The notes: generated by a model not told the origin, from the letters alone. DNA of 64,000 bases from an uncultured Planctomycetaceae bacterium (GCA_964564285.1 CAZMBZ010000001.1:2508-66507), one strand, 5' to 3'. Shown: positions 1 through 9,774, counted from the stretch's first letter. Program-made: numbers and translations.

Positions 1-470
1 ACCGCAAGCAAGGCAATCGGGTCGTCTTCGGCGACATCCGCCCCGGCTTCCCGTTGGGAACTGCGGGCGTAATGGCATTCGACCCCAACGGGAAGATGGC
101 CGCCGTTGGTGAGTATGCGACAAACCGAGACAATCCCAGGTCGATCGGTCTGGCGGAGTTCCGCAGCGCCGACCCGCGCCTGCCCAAGACCGTGCGGGGC
201 CGCTGGATGCTCGCCGTCGCCCAGGTCTGCCCGGGCGTGAAACTCGACCCCAACAGGCCGCTTGCCTACGGTCTCTGGCCGAGGCCGGTGTCCTACAAGA
301 CCCCCGACAAATCCCCGGCCCCGCCGGACAGCAACCGCATCCAGATTCGTCCCATCGACTGGTATAACGACGACGTGGACTTCCGCGCTCTCGATTTCCC
401 GTTTGGGGATCTGAAAGATTCCGAGATTCGGCCGGTGGCCACCGTGCCTCTGATCCGTTCCGCACGCTAA
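1..470 (+). CDS. hypothetical protein, C-terminal part (open at left window edge)
   Basis: Frame 3 stays open from base 3 to the stop at 468-470. Track ORF 54-470 is its tail. No family recognised. Confidence 0.4.
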   Translation, partial: RKQGNRVVFGDIRPGFPLGTAGVMAFDPNGKMAAVGEYATNRDNPRSIGLAEFRSADPRLPKTVRGRWMLAVAQVCPGVKLDPNRPLAYGLWPRPVSYKTPDKSPAPPDSNRIQIRPIDWYNDDVDFRALDFPFGDLKDSEIRPVATVPLIRSAR

Positions 471-617
471 GGGCCGGATTCTTCGGACGGCCGGTTCTGC
501 GGCGTGCGTGCGATGTGTTGAGGGCCTGCTAACGCAGTTGCGCGCCTTGAAGGAAGCCGTAGGCAAAGCTTTGGCCTGACGTACAGCAATCGCGTGCCGC
601 GACAGAGGATGCCCACC

Positions 618-647
618 TTGACTATAACCGCTGTTTTGCGGTATCAT
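618..647 (+). promoter_or_regulatory. candidate sigma70-type promoter upstream of the M36 protease gene
   Basis: TTGACT (618-623), 18-nt spacer, TATCAT (642-647), about 115 nt upstream of ATG 762. Sequence match only. Confidence 0.3.
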
Positions 648-761
648 ATAGGCGTGGACTGCCCGCCGACCAAAGGCCTTAGCGGAGGTCCGGAATCGTT
701 TTAGCGCGGAGCAAGGCCGCTCATTTTTCATCGCCGCGCGTAGGCATTCGGAGGATAGCGC

Positions 762-3700
762 ATGTTGATCGAGGAGGGCAAACGCCTTGGCCGCGCTTGC
801 CCGCAGCCAATGTCGCCAAGCATCATGGAGGCCCTCGAGCCTCGCTTGTTGCTCAGTTCAACTGCGGGGGCGGACCTGTTTGCGCCCTACCTGCCGGAGC
901 AGTTCTTCCTGTCCCAGCCGGGCGGGTTCCTCACCGATGCCAACCCGGGCGAGCCGCTGGATATCGCGCTGTCCTATCTGACCGACAACGCCGACGAGTT
1001 TGGCCTCAATCCCGCGGACATCCTCCAGTCGATCGTAACGGACTACTACACCAGCAGCGATACCGGCGTGACGCATATCTATCTTCGCCAGCAGCTAAGC
1101 GGCCTGGAGATCGTCAACGCCAATATCAGCGCCAACGTCGCCGCCGATGGACGCGTGATCAATGTCGGCGGAGGGTTCGTCTCCGCCCTGGCGGATCTCT
1201 CAGCCCTGGCGGTGGATCCATCCATGACCGCCCCGGCCGCGACGTCCCTGGCCGCGGCGGCGATTGGCCTGTCATCGACCACGGACTGCCTGGTTGTATC
1301 GTCGTCGCCCGATCCTGCCAGCACGGTTGTGCTGGTCAACGATGATCTGTCTTTGGACCCCATTCCGGCGAGGCTTCATTATGTTGCCGGGCCGGAGGGC
1401 GTCTCGCTGGCGTGGAATCTTGTGATGCGCACGGTCGATCTTCAACATTGGTACGAGGTGAGTGTGGACGCTGACACCGGTGAGTGCCTGCAAGTGAGCG
1501 ATTGGGTTGACGCCGCCACGTACAACGTCTACCCCGGGCCGGCGGCAGGCCCCGCTGACGGCGACCGCACGCTGGTGACCGATCCGGCGGACACGGAGGC
1601 ATCCCCATACGGATGGCACGACACAGATGGCGTTGACGGGGCGGAGTACACGGATACGCGCGGCAACAACGTATATGCCCAGGAAGACGCCGACGACGAC
1701 AACTCCGGCGGATTCCGCCCCGATGGCGGTGAGGAGTTGTCTTTTGACTACTCGCTGGACCTGGCGTGGTCGCCCGGTGCAAATCGAAGCGCGGCGATTG
1801 CGAACCTGTTCTACTGGAACAATTATCTTCACGACGTTCACTACCAGTACGGTTTCGACGAGGTCTCGGGCAATTTCCAGATGACCAACTACACCGGTCT
1901 GGGCATCGGCGGCGATGCGGTCCAGGCTGATGCACAGGATGGGTCGTCTTACAATAACGCCAACTTCTCCACCCCTCCGGACGGCCAGAGGCCCCGGATG
2001 CAGATGTACCTGTTTGCGCTCACCACGCCAATGCGTGATGGTTCGCTGGATAGTCAGATTATCGTCCACGAATATGGCCATGGCGTGACGAACCGACTGA
2101 TTGGCGGACCCGCCAACGCCAGCGCCCTGGATGCAACACAGAGCAGGGCCATGGGCGAGGGGTGGTCCGACTGGTGGGCACTGATGTTTACTCTCAAACC
2201 CACTGATGCGAAGTTTCAGGCGTATTCGTTTGGTACGTACGCACTCGGTCAGCCGCCCGACGGCCCGGGTTTGAGGCGACTTCCCTATAGCTTCGACATG
2301 TCGATCGACCCCGCGAATTATGGAGATTACCACAACAGCCATGCTGTCTACGACGCCGGCGTGATCTGGTGTTCGGCCCTGTGGGACATGAGCTGGCTGC
2401 TGATCGACGAGTACGGTTACAGCGAGGATATCTCCCAAGGCTACGACCCCGCCGTTGCCGGTCAGGGTGGAGGCAACAATCTGGCGCTCAAGCTGGTCGA
2501 GGACTCGCTAAAGCTGATGCCCGCCAATCCTTCGTTTCTGGACGGGCGCGACGCACTTCTCCAGGCCGACCTCATCCTCACCGGCGGGGCTAACCAGGCA
2601 ACCATTTGGGAGGCTTTTGCCCGACGCGGCATGGGGCTGGGTGCCTCCGACGGGGGAAGCGCGAATTCGTACCAGGTGGTCGAGGCGTTCGAGGTGCCGA
2701 GTTCCGACCCGGTGACCGTATCGTCGGCGCCGGCCGGGCCGATCAGCATACCGGTCGGCGAGGTTACCTTTACCTTCAACGAGGCGATTGACCAGGCCAG
2801 CTTTACCGTCGCCGACGACGTGGTCAGCTTCACCGGTCCCAGCGCCGCCGACCTCAAGCCATTCATTACCGGCGCGACGTGGGATGATCCCCAGACATTG
2901 CGGATAACCTTCACGCCGCGAACAATGCCGGGATCTTACGTGATGACCATCGGCCCGGCGATTCTCTCAGCCGACGACGGCAGGGCGATGGACCAGGACA
3001 ACGACGAGGAGCCCGGCGAAGTCCTGGACGATTGCTACTCGGCGACATTCGAGGGTGTGTCTGTCCTGTACTCGGCCGACATGAGCGACGATCCCGGCTG
3101 GTCGCTCGACGGCGGCGAGGCCCCGGAGCAGTGGCAGTACGGACAGCCTGCCGGCAATGAGGGGGACCCATCTTCAGGCCACACCGGCGACAACGTGATC
3201 GGCTACAACCTCGAGGGCAACTATCCCGACGAGATGGAAACCCCCCAGTACGCGACCTCAACGGCGTTCAGCACCCTTGGCCAGACCGATATCACGGTTG
3301 GATTCTGGCAGTGGCTTGGCGTGGAAGCGGCACAGTACGACCAGGCAGGTATCGAAATCTGGGATGGCGAGGTCTGGACGGTCGTGTGGGAACACACTGG
3401 AGATAACGTCTCGGCAGGGTCGTGGTCATACGTTCAGTACATCCTGCCGGCAGCGGCAAGCGACAGGCCGGAAGTGAGGATTCGCTGGGCCATGGGTCCG
3501 AGCGACAAGTATGTGAACTATTGCGGCTGGAACATCGACGACGTGATGGTATGGGGCATGCCGGACGGTTCTGATGTCGTCGGGCCGAAGGTTGCAGGGC
3601 ACTGGCCCGCGTCGTCAGTGACGGGCGGGCAGGGGGCGGTGCAGTTTAGTTTCGACGAGATGATGGACACCGGTAGCTTCAGCCCTGCCGGCGACGTGGT

Positions 3701-5840
3701 CAGCTTCACAGGTCCGGGTGGCGACCTGCAGGCGGAGGTGACGGGCTATACATGGCTTGACGGTCAGACGCTTGAGATCCATTTTGCCGAGCAAACCGCC
3801 CCGGGTTCCTACACGATGGTAATCGGTCCGGGCATTACCGATAATGCCCCGAGCGTCAACCCGATGGATACCGATGGCGACGGCGCGAGCGGCGAGGCTG
3901 AGGATGACCGCTACGGTGTTTCGTTCACGATCATTCCCAGTTCGCCGGTCATATACGCAGCCGACATGAACGTCGATCCGGGGTGGACCTTCGACGCGGG
4001 CACGGACCCGTACCAATGGGAGTACGGTCTGCCGAGCGGCCTGGTGGGCAATCCGTCGGAAGCCTACACCGGTGAGAGCGTGGTCGGCTACAATCTGGAG
4101 GGGAGATACCAGAACTCCATGACCTCAAGGCAGTACGCGACCACGCCGGCGTTCAGCACCGTCGGCTACACGGACGTTACGCTGGAGTTTCGGGTATGGC
4201 TGAGCGTGGAATCCTCCGACTACGACCATGTCAACATCCAGGTCTGGAACCAATCGAATTGGATCACGCTGTGGGATCACGCCGGCGATACCTACATCAC
4301 AAAATCACGATGGTCCTATCGCAATTTTGTCCTGCCGGCCTCGACATACGACCAGGCGGAAGTGAAAATCCGCTGGGGCGTCGGCCCAACTGATGGGGGC
4401 CTGGGGTATTGCGGATGGAACATCGACGACGTGCTGGTGACGGGGACGTCCTTCGGCAACCCGGAGGTCGTTGGGCGGCAGGTGTTCTACAACAACAGCA
4501 TATTCGATGGTTACAGCCCGGTCGCCAATGCTGACGATGACGCTGCAATCGCTCCGCCGCCGTCGCTATACGACGCTGATGAACTGGACAAGCAGATCGG
4601 CAAGCAGGCCTTGCTGCCAGGCGAAACTGCATCGTTTGTCAATTACACCAGCTACGGCCGGGGCATTAACGGCGTAATAGTGGATATCGCCGACCTGGCC
4701 GGGCGGGACGTCACGGCGGGCGACTTCGCATTTATGGTCGGCAACTCCGACGACATGTCGGATTGGTCCGCGGCGCCGGCTCCGCTGAGCGTGACAGTCC
4801 GCCGCGGCGCGGGCGGCGGCGGAAGCGACCGCGTGACCATAATATGGGCCGACGACGATCCGTTGACGCCGCAGCGCGAGGATGGGGCGATCTCGGGACA
4901 ATGGCTGCAGGTGATGGTGCTCTCGGACGCCAGCGGCGGATCGCTCGGCCTGGCCGAAGATGATGTGTTCTACTTCGGCAACGCTATAGGCGAGACGGGC
5001 GACAGCCAGGCAAACGCCAAGGTCAACGCCACGGACCAACTGGGCACGCGAGGCGACATCCACACTGCCTCGAACCCGGCGCGGATCCACGATGCGTATG
5101 ACTTCGACCGCGATGGCGAGGTGAGCCCCTACAGCGCCGATGAACTTATCGCTCGGAGCAACCAGACGACCTTCCTGACGGAGTTGAAACTGATAACCGC
5201 TCCGGCGCCCATCGGCGCTGCGCCGGTGCCCGAAACGCTCCCGGGCGATGCCACAATGGATGGCAGGGTCGATGGGGCCGACATGCAGGTGTTGGGGGCT
5301 AACTTCGGCGCTGTCGATGCAACGTGGTCCCAGGGGGACTTCGACGGCGACGGCGACGTGGATGTTGCGGATTACATCACACTGAAAAGCAATTTCGGCC
5401 GATCCATACCCGTCCCGGCCCCTGTTGCCGACACGGCCGAGGCCCCGGCGGTGATGGAAACAGCCTTGCCAATTGCTCCCACGCCCGTCGAAACGCCAGT
5501 GGCTGCCGCGATGGCAAGCTTGTTGAGCAACACACTGGACGTTCTGACTGTCGTCCCAACCGCCGAATCGACACCGGTGGACACCTGGACAGTCAGCGCC
5601 GCTGCGTTGACGATCTACACTATTGCCCCGACCGTCGTCAAACCGAGTGCCGTCGCCGGATCGAGCCCGGCCCAGCCGTCAATCGATGCCCGTCTCTGGG
5701 CGAACCTCTCCGCCAGTGTCCACGACCAAGCCACAGCCGCCGACCCGCTCGTCGAGCCGCTTCTGGGGCGACTGGGAGCGATTCGATGGCAGGACGACTT
5801 GCGAACGGGCCGAGGCAGGCAGCGAAAGATGCGGGTATGA
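762..5840 (+). CDS. secreted fungalysin-like (M36) zinc metalloprotease with two tandem MAM-like modules and C-terminal dockerin-type repeats
   Basis: HEYGHG zinc motif (IIVHEYGHGVTNRLIGG) in an M36-like catalytic region. SD GGAGGA lies 6 nt before ATG 762. N-terminal ALEPRLLLSS motif. C-terminal DATMDGRVDGADMQVLGANFG and GDFDGDGDVDVADYITLKSNFG dockerin-like repeats. Confidence 0.85.
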   Translation: MLIEEGKRLGRACPQPMSPSIMEALEPRLLLSSTAGADLFAPYLPEQFFLSQPGGFLTDANPGEPLDIALSYLTDNADEFGLNPADILQSIVTDYYTSSDTGVTHIYLRQQLSGLEIVNANISANVAADGRVINVGGGFVSALADLSALAVDPSMTAPAATSLAAAAIGLSSTTDCLVVSSSPDPASTVVLVNDDLSLDPIPARLHYVAGPEGVSLAWNLVMRTVDLQHWYEVSVDADTGECLQVSDWVDAATYNVYPGPAAGPADGDRTLVTDPADTEASPYGWHDTDGVDGAEYTDTRGNNVYAQEDADDDNSGGFRPDGGEELSFDYSLDLAWSPGANRSAAIANLFYWNNYLHDVHYQYGFDEVSGNFQMTNYTGLGIGGDAVQADAQDGSSYNNANFSTPPDGQRPRMQMYLFALTTPMRDGSLDSQIIVHEYGHGVTNRLIGGPANASALDATQSRAMGEGWSDWWALMFTLKPTDAKFQAYSFGTYALGQPPDGPGLRRLPYSFDMSIDPANYGDYHNSHAVYDAGVIWCSALWDMSWLLIDEYGYSEDISQGYDPAVAGQGGGNNLALKLVEDSLKLMPANPSFLDGRDALLQADLILTGGANQATIWEAFARRGMGLGASDGGSANSYQVVEAFEVPSSDPVTVSSAPAGPISIPVGEVTFTFNEAIDQASFTVADDVVSFTGPSAADLKPFITGATWDDPQTLRITFTPRTMPGSYVMTIGPAILSADDGRAMDQDNDEEPGEVLDDCYSATFEGVSVLYSADMSDDPGWSLDGGEAPEQWQYGQPAGNEGDPSSGHTGDNVIGYNLEGNYPDEMETPQYATSTAFSTLGQTDITVGFWQWLGVEAAQYDQAGIEIWDGEVWTVVWEHTGDNVSAGSWSYVQYILPAAASDRPEVRIRWAMGPSDKYVNYCGWNIDDVMVWGMPDGSDVVGPKVAGHWPASSVTGGQGAVQFSFDEMMDTGSFSPAGDVVSFTGPGGDLQAEVTGYTWLDGQTLEIHFAEQTAPGSYTMVIGPGITDNAPSVNPMDTDGDGASGEAEDDRYGVSFTIIPSSPVIYAADMNVDPGWTFDAGTDPYQWEYGLPSGLVGNPSEAYTGESVVGYNLEGRYQNSMTSRQYATTPAFSTVGYTDVTLEFRVWLSVESSDYDHVNIQVWNQSNWITLWDHAGDTYITKSRWSYRNFVLPASTYDQAEVKIRWGVGPTDGGLGYCGWNIDDVLVTGTSFGNPEVVGRQVFYNNSIFDGYSPVANADDDAAIAPPPSLYDADELDKQIGKQALLPGETASFVNYTSYGRGINGVIVDIADLAGRDVTAGDFAFMVGNSDDMSDWSAAPAPLSVTVRRGAGGGGSDRVTIIWADDDPLTPQREDGAISGQWLQVMVLSDASGGSLGLAEDDVFYFGNAIGETGDSQANAKVNATDQLGTRGDIHTASNPARIHDAYDFDRDGEVSPYSADELIARSNQTTFLTELKLITAPAPIGAAPVPETLPGDATMDGRVDGADMQVLGANFGAVDATWSQGDFDGDGDVDVADYITLKSNFGRSIPVPAPVADTAEAPAVMETALPIAPTPVETPVAAAMASLLSNTLDVLTVVPTAESTPVDTWTVSAAALTIYTIAPTVVKPSAVAGSSPAQPSIDARLWANLSASVHDQATAADPLVEPLLGRLGAIRWQDDLRTGRGRQRKMRV
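2820..4445 (+). repeat. in-frame tandem duplication of a ~250-aa module inside the protease gene (copies 2820-3557 and 3696-4445, period 876 nt)
   Basis: Both copies run VVSFTGP...DPGW..WQYG..GYNLEG..QYATT/STAFST..RIRW..GP.D...YCGWNIDDV.V.G. They diverge at the nucleotide level but are clearly homologous at the protein level. Confidence 0.8.
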
Positions 5841-5844
5841 ACGA

Positions 5845-6429
5845 ATGTTGAAACAAGCAAAACATCTCGCCGCAATCGCCGCCGTCGTCGTATTGATCGC
5901 CGCCGGGAGCGTTTCTGCCGACATGTACATTGACGTCGGCAACCACCTGCTCCTGCCGGACACACCGGGACAGACCGTCCGTTTCATGGTCTCCACCGAC
6001 GCCGGCAACACGGTAGGTGGCTGCAATTTCAACGCTGAGATTGCCGGCGGTGGCCCGGCCTACGGTGGCGAGCTCGGCCCGGCTATCACGGCCGTGGAGA
6101 TGGAGGCCGGGACAATCTTCGCCGACAACAATACAGGCCAGCGCGATCTCGGATCGCTGGCGCAATTGGCGACATACAGCATCGTAACCACCAGCGGAAC
6201 GGTCCCGGCCGACGGTCTGCTCGCAACGCTCACAATAGACACAACGGGTTTCACCACACCCGGAGCGACCTGGACGCTGGAACTGGGCCACACCCTAAAC
6301 GGCACAACGGACTTCGCCCCCGCGTTCGTCATGATCACCGAAGGCACGCTAGAGATAATCCCCGAGCCGACCTCGCTCGCCCTGCTGCCCCTAGCCGGCC
6401 TGGCCCTGCTGGGCCGGCGACGACGCTGA
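5845..6429 (+). CDS. PEP-CTERM sorting-domain protein
   Basis: C-terminus IPEPTSLALLPLAGLALLGRRRR (PEP motif, hydrophobic helix, Arg cluster). N-terminal signal-like MLKQAKHLAAIAAVVVLIAAGSVSA. First in-frame ATG after the upstream stop; the 5623 start in the track overlaps the protease gene. Confidence 0.75.
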   Translation: MLKQAKHLAAIAAVVVLIAAGSVSADMYIDVGNHLLLPDTPGQTVRFMVSTDAGNTVGGCNFNAEIAGGGPAYGGELGPAITAVEMEAGTIFADNNTGQRDLGSLAQLATYSIVTTSGTVPADGLLATLTIDTTGFTTPGATWTLELGHTLNGTTDFAPAFVMITEGTLEIIPEPTSLALLPLAGLALLGRRRR

Positions 6430-6507
6430 AGCAGATGACACGGTCTCTCCCCAATGTGGTGCCGTACTGTCATCCCAACAAGCACGGCCGGGGCGTTTGG
6501 CCGGTGG

Positions 6508-6534
6508 TAGCCCGAGCCTTTGTTCTTGAATCCC
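6508..6534. repeat. 27-bp direct repeat, copy 1 (partner 7595-7621)
   Basis: tagcccgAgcctttgttcTtgaatccc versus tagcccgCgcctttgttcGtgaatccc, 25/27 identical, same orientation, 1087 bp apart, bracketing the ankyrin gene. Confidence 0.8.
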
Positions 6535-6683
6535 CGGGTAACCTTGTTATCGTTCTTGCCATGGGGTACGAACTGCCGCATGGCAAGCCGCAAGCGTTGT
6601 GAGACACAGCAAGTGCTGGAGTTGACCAAACCATGGTAACTCTGAACAGGCATAATGGCCGCGCTGGACCGTACACACGGCAG

Positions 6684-6719
6684 AGAAACAGCCGGATATG
6701 CTTGCTGCGACGGAAGCAT
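6684..6719. repeat. imperfect inverted repeat, left arm (partner 7551-7587)
   Basis: The reverse complement atgcttccgtcgcagcaagcatatccggctgtttct aligns with 7551-7587 gtgcttaccggcccggcaagcatatccgagggtttct, 29 of 37 positions including a 13-nt exact core GCAAGCATATCCG. Each arm can also fold as TGCTT..AAGCA. Confidence 0.6.
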
Positions 6720-6784
6720 GAACCGCGAGAGATTGGTTTTGGGAAACATGCCTGTGGTCTCAACCTTGATTGGGGCTTTTGCGA

Positions 6785-7483
6785 ATGTTGAAGAAATGCA
6801 TAGTACCAGTCGCGATAAGCATGCTAGTCATAATGGCGGTAGTATTGGGAATATGCCTAAGGCCGTCAGGAAAAGTAGATCTCTTCAGGGCAGTCCAACG
6901 TGGTGATGCTGACTTGGTGCGTCGGGCGTTGATGGCTGGACAGAGCCCGGATGTTGTTCGTCCAGGGGGGATGACGCCCCTGATCGTGGCTGCCCAGTAC
7001 GGTTCCATTCCATGTGTTGCAGTGCTCCTAGAGTACGGAGCCAACGTCAACCATCGCACCTCAAATGTTACTGGTGGGCATACGCCTCTGCATGTGGCTG
7101 CTTACCATGAGCATGTATCGATGATCGAGTTCTTGCTAGATAATGGGGCCAATATAGGGGCAAGGAATGCTAACGGAAGGACCACGCTTCACCAGGCTGT
7201 CTTGATGATGGATAGGGCTTCCGCGAAGGCGTTGCTCGACGCTGGCGCTTGCGCCGAGATACGCGACGCATACGGCGGAACCCCGCTATTACTTGCTGTT
7301 ACGTACGGGGATAGGTGTAGTGTAGAGTTGCTCTTACAACACGGCGCTAACCCGAACACGAGAGATGCGAAAGGCAGGACTTCTTTCGATGTCGCAGCGG
7401 GCAATAGGAGGGTGCTTGACCTTCTCGCAAAGTTTGGCAATCCTAAGCACATAGAGACGTCAGGCACGAATGAGGGATCCTAA
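6785..7483 (+). CDS. ankyrin-repeat protein with N-terminal membrane anchor
   Basis: Multiple ANK repeats (GMTPLIVAAQYGSIPCVAVLLEYGANVN, GHTPLHVAAYHEHVSMIEFLLDNGANI, GRTTLHQAV, GGTPLLLAVTYGD..VELLLQHGANPN, GRTSFDVAA). Hydrophobic N-terminus IVPVAISMLVIMAVVLGICL. First ATG at 6785; the track ORF starts at TTG 6770. Visibly AT-richer than its neighbours. Confidence 0.85.
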   Translation: MLKKCIVPVAISMLVIMAVVLGICLRPSGKVDLFRAVQRGDADLVRRALMAGQSPDVVRPGGMTPLIVAAQYGSIPCVAVLLEYGANVNHRTSNVTGGHTPLHVAAYHEHVSMIEFLLDNGANIGARNANGRTTLHQAVLMMDRASAKALLDAGACAEIRDAYGGTPLLLAVTYGDRCSVELLLQHGANPNTRDAKGRTSFDVAAGNRRVLDLLAKFGNPKHIETSGTNEGS

Positions 7484-7550
7484 CGAGGGTGTTCAGGAAC
7501 CGACAAAACGGCCTCACGGGCAGACCCCGAGATAGCGTAAGGTCGGTGCA

Positions 7551-7587
7551 GTGCTTACCGGCCCGGCAAGCATATCCGAGGGTTTCT
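7551..7587. repeat. imperfect inverted repeat, right arm (partner 6684-6719)
   Basis: See the left arm. Lies 68 nt after the ankyrin stop and 7 nt before direct-repeat copy 2. Confidence 0.6.
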
Positions 7588-7594
7588 TCAGTTA

Positions 7595-7621
7595 TAGCCC
7601 GCGCCTTTGTTCGTGAATCCC
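7595..7621. repeat. 27-bp direct repeat, copy 2 (partner 6508-6534)
   Basis: 25/27 identity with copy 1. Confidence 0.8.
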
Positions 7622-7747
7622 GCCATGCGCCACTTGCCCCACCACCGGATGGGGACTATTATTGCTCGACTTGACTTGCCGTGGATGGCTACTTGGCTTC
7701 CGACGGCTGGTGTTCGCAAGGCTTTGACACGAGGATCGAAGAGGATC

Positions 7748-9724
7748 ATGAAAGAATTCGCCAAGAAAGTCGGTAACGGGCTGATGTTCAAGAAGGGTCA
7801 CGAGCAGCTTTGGATCGTGCCCTGGGGCACCAACGGCTTGCGGGTGCGGGTCACGCAGCAGGCGGAGTTTCTGGACCTACCGCAGGCCCTGCTGGAAAAG
7901 CCGGCCGGGTCGGCAAAGCCCGCAAAGGCTCGCGTCAAGATCGGCGAGAAGCTCACGACGTTGACCAACGGCAAGATCAAGGTGGAGCTTACCCCGCGAG
8001 GCAACGTGACTTTCATCCGCACGTCCGACGGCAAGACGTTGCTGAAGGAGTGCGTCAAGAACACCAACGAGTATCTCGGGCGGACGTTCATTCCGTCCAA
8101 GGGCGTCTGGAAGATCGAGCAGCGTTTCTATGCCGACGACACCGAGAAGCTCTACGGCCTCGGCCAGCACCAGCACGGCTACCTCGACCAGAAGGGCTGT
8201 GTCGTGGACATGCTCCATCGCAACATGGAGGTGGCGATTCCGTTTATGGTTTCGAACCTGGGCTATGGGTTCCTGTGGAACCATCCCGGCGTCGGTCGCG
8301 TGGAGCTCGGCAAGAACGAGACCCGCTGGGTGGCTGAGGCGGCCAGGCAGATCGATTACTGCATCGTCACCGATAAGTCCATCCCTGCGATCATGCAGCG
8401 GTACGCGGAGGTGACGGGATTCCCGACGAAGTTCCCGAAGTGGGCGGCGGGGTTCTGGCAGTGCAAGCTTCGCTACAAGACTCAGCAGGAAGTCCTCGAT
8501 GTTGCCCGCGAGTACAAGAGGCGCGGCTTGCCTATCTCGGTAATCGTGATCGATTTCTTCCATTGGACCCAAATGGGCGACTGGAAGTTCGATCCGGACA
8601 ACTGGCCGGACCCGGCCGGGATGGCCAAAGAGCTGAAAGCGATGGGAATTGAGGTTATGGTGTCGGTTTGGCCGACGGTAAACACCACCAGCGAGAACTA
8701 TTCGTACATGAATTCGCACGGGATGCTGGTGCGAAATGAGCGCGGCATGCCCATTCAGAACTCCAGCGAGGACAACAAAGGCAGCCGGCTGCAGACGTTT
8801 TACGACTCGACAAACCCCGAAGCGCGGGCGTTTCTGCTCAAGAAGATACGCGAAAACTACTGCAAGCTTGGCATAAAGCGGTTCTGGCTGGACACAATGG
8901 AGCCGGAACTCATCCCCCTGGAGCAGGATAACACTCGATACCACCTCGGAAACGGGCTGGAAGTGGCATGTTTGTACCCCAAATGCCACCAGCAGGGCTT
9001 CTACGAAGGCCTGCAAGCCGAAGGCGAGACGGAAATTCTCACGCTTGGCAGGTCGGCATGGGCGGGCAGCCAGCGCTATGGCTCGCTGGTCTGGTCGGCG
9101 GACATCCCCTCGACGTTCGATTCGCTCCGCCGCCAGGTCGCCGGCGGGCTCAACATCGGACTCAGCGGCATTCCGTGGTGGACGACGGATATCGGCGGGT
9201 TCTACGGAGGGGACATCGCCGACCCGAAGTTCCACGAGCTGTTGATCCGATGGTTCCAGTTCGGCGTGTTCTGCCCGGTCTGCCGACTGCACGGGGTGCG
9301 TCGGTCCAAGGACAAGAAAGAAGGCGAGTGGGCCCCCAACGAAGTCTGGTCCTACGGCGAGGAGGTCTGCGATATCCTCACCGAGCAGCTCGATCTTCGC
9401 GAGAAGTTGCGGCCTTACATTATGAAGCAGATGCGCAAGTCCGAGAAGACCGGCCATCCGCTGATGAGGCCGCTGTTCTTCGATTTTCCTGATGACGCCA
9501 AGGCATGGTCCGTCGAGGATGAATACATGTTTGGTCCTGACATCCTCGTCGCTCCGGTAGTCGAGCAAGACGTTCGCAGCCGGTCGGTCTACCTGCCCGC
9601 TGGCACGACTTGGCGGGACGCATGGACGGGCAAGGAGTACGTCGGCGGGCGAAAGTATGTCGCCAAGGCCGAGCTCAGCCGGATACCAGTTTACTTCCGG
9701 GCCGACAGCGACCCGCTAAAGTAG
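7748..9724 (+). CDS. glycoside hydrolase family 31 (alpha-xylosidase/alpha-glucosidase-like)
   Basis: GH31-type motifs FWLDTMEPE (nucleophile region) and WSADIPSTFDSLRRQVAGGLNIGLSGIPWWTTDIGGF (acid/base region). ATG 7748 is preceded by GAGGA. The upstream part of track ORF 7607 lies in the AT-richer repeat region. Confidence 0.85.
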   Translation: MKEFAKKVGNGLMFKKGHEQLWIVPWGTNGLRVRVTQQAEFLDLPQALLEKPAGSAKPAKARVKIGEKLTTLTNGKIKVELTPRGNVTFIRTSDGKTLLKECVKNTNEYLGRTFIPSKGVWKIEQRFYADDTEKLYGLGQHQHGYLDQKGCVVDMLHRNMEVAIPFMVSNLGYGFLWNHPGVGRVELGKNETRWVAEAARQIDYCIVTDKSIPAIMQRYAEVTGFPTKFPKWAAGFWQCKLRYKTQQEVLDVAREYKRRGLPISVIVIDFFHWTQMGDWKFDPDNWPDPAGMAKELKAMGIEVMVSVWPTVNTTSENYSYMNSHGMLVRNERGMPIQNSSEDNKGSRLQTFYDSTNPEARAFLLKKIRENYCKLGIKRFWLDTMEPELIPLEQDNTRYHLGNGLEVACLYPKCHQQGFYEGLQAEGETEILTLGRSAWAGSQRYGSLVWSADIPSTFDSLRRQVAGGLNIGLSGIPWWTTDIGGFYGGDIADPKFHELLIRWFQFGVFCPVCRLHGVRRSKDKKEGEWAPNEVWSYGEEVCDILTEQLDLREKLRPYIMKQMRKSEKTGHPLMRPLFFDFPDDAKAWSVEDEYMFGPDILVAPVVEQDVRSRSVYLPAGTTWRDAWTGKEYVGGRKYVAKAELSRIPVYFRADSDPLK

Positions 9725-9774
9725 AAGTTGTCGCTGCCGCCGGCGCTGCGTCATCGCGCAAGAAGCCGATCACA

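Noticed and set aside
1272-2438. Long antisense or out-of-frame ORFs throughout the track. Examples: 1272-2438 (-), 7877-9568 (-), 10108-11505 (+), 11579-12799 (-), 13606-14646 (+), 16255-17736 (-), 21107-22243 (-), 30990-33113 (+), 41128-42606 (-), 48013-49212 (-), 52555-53601 (-) and its copy 57284-58330 (-).
   Set aside because: Each lies fully inside, and antisense or out of frame to, a gene with clear family motifs. Their translations are Arg/Gly/Pro/Ala-rich low-complexity sequence typical of shadow ORFs in high-GC DNA.
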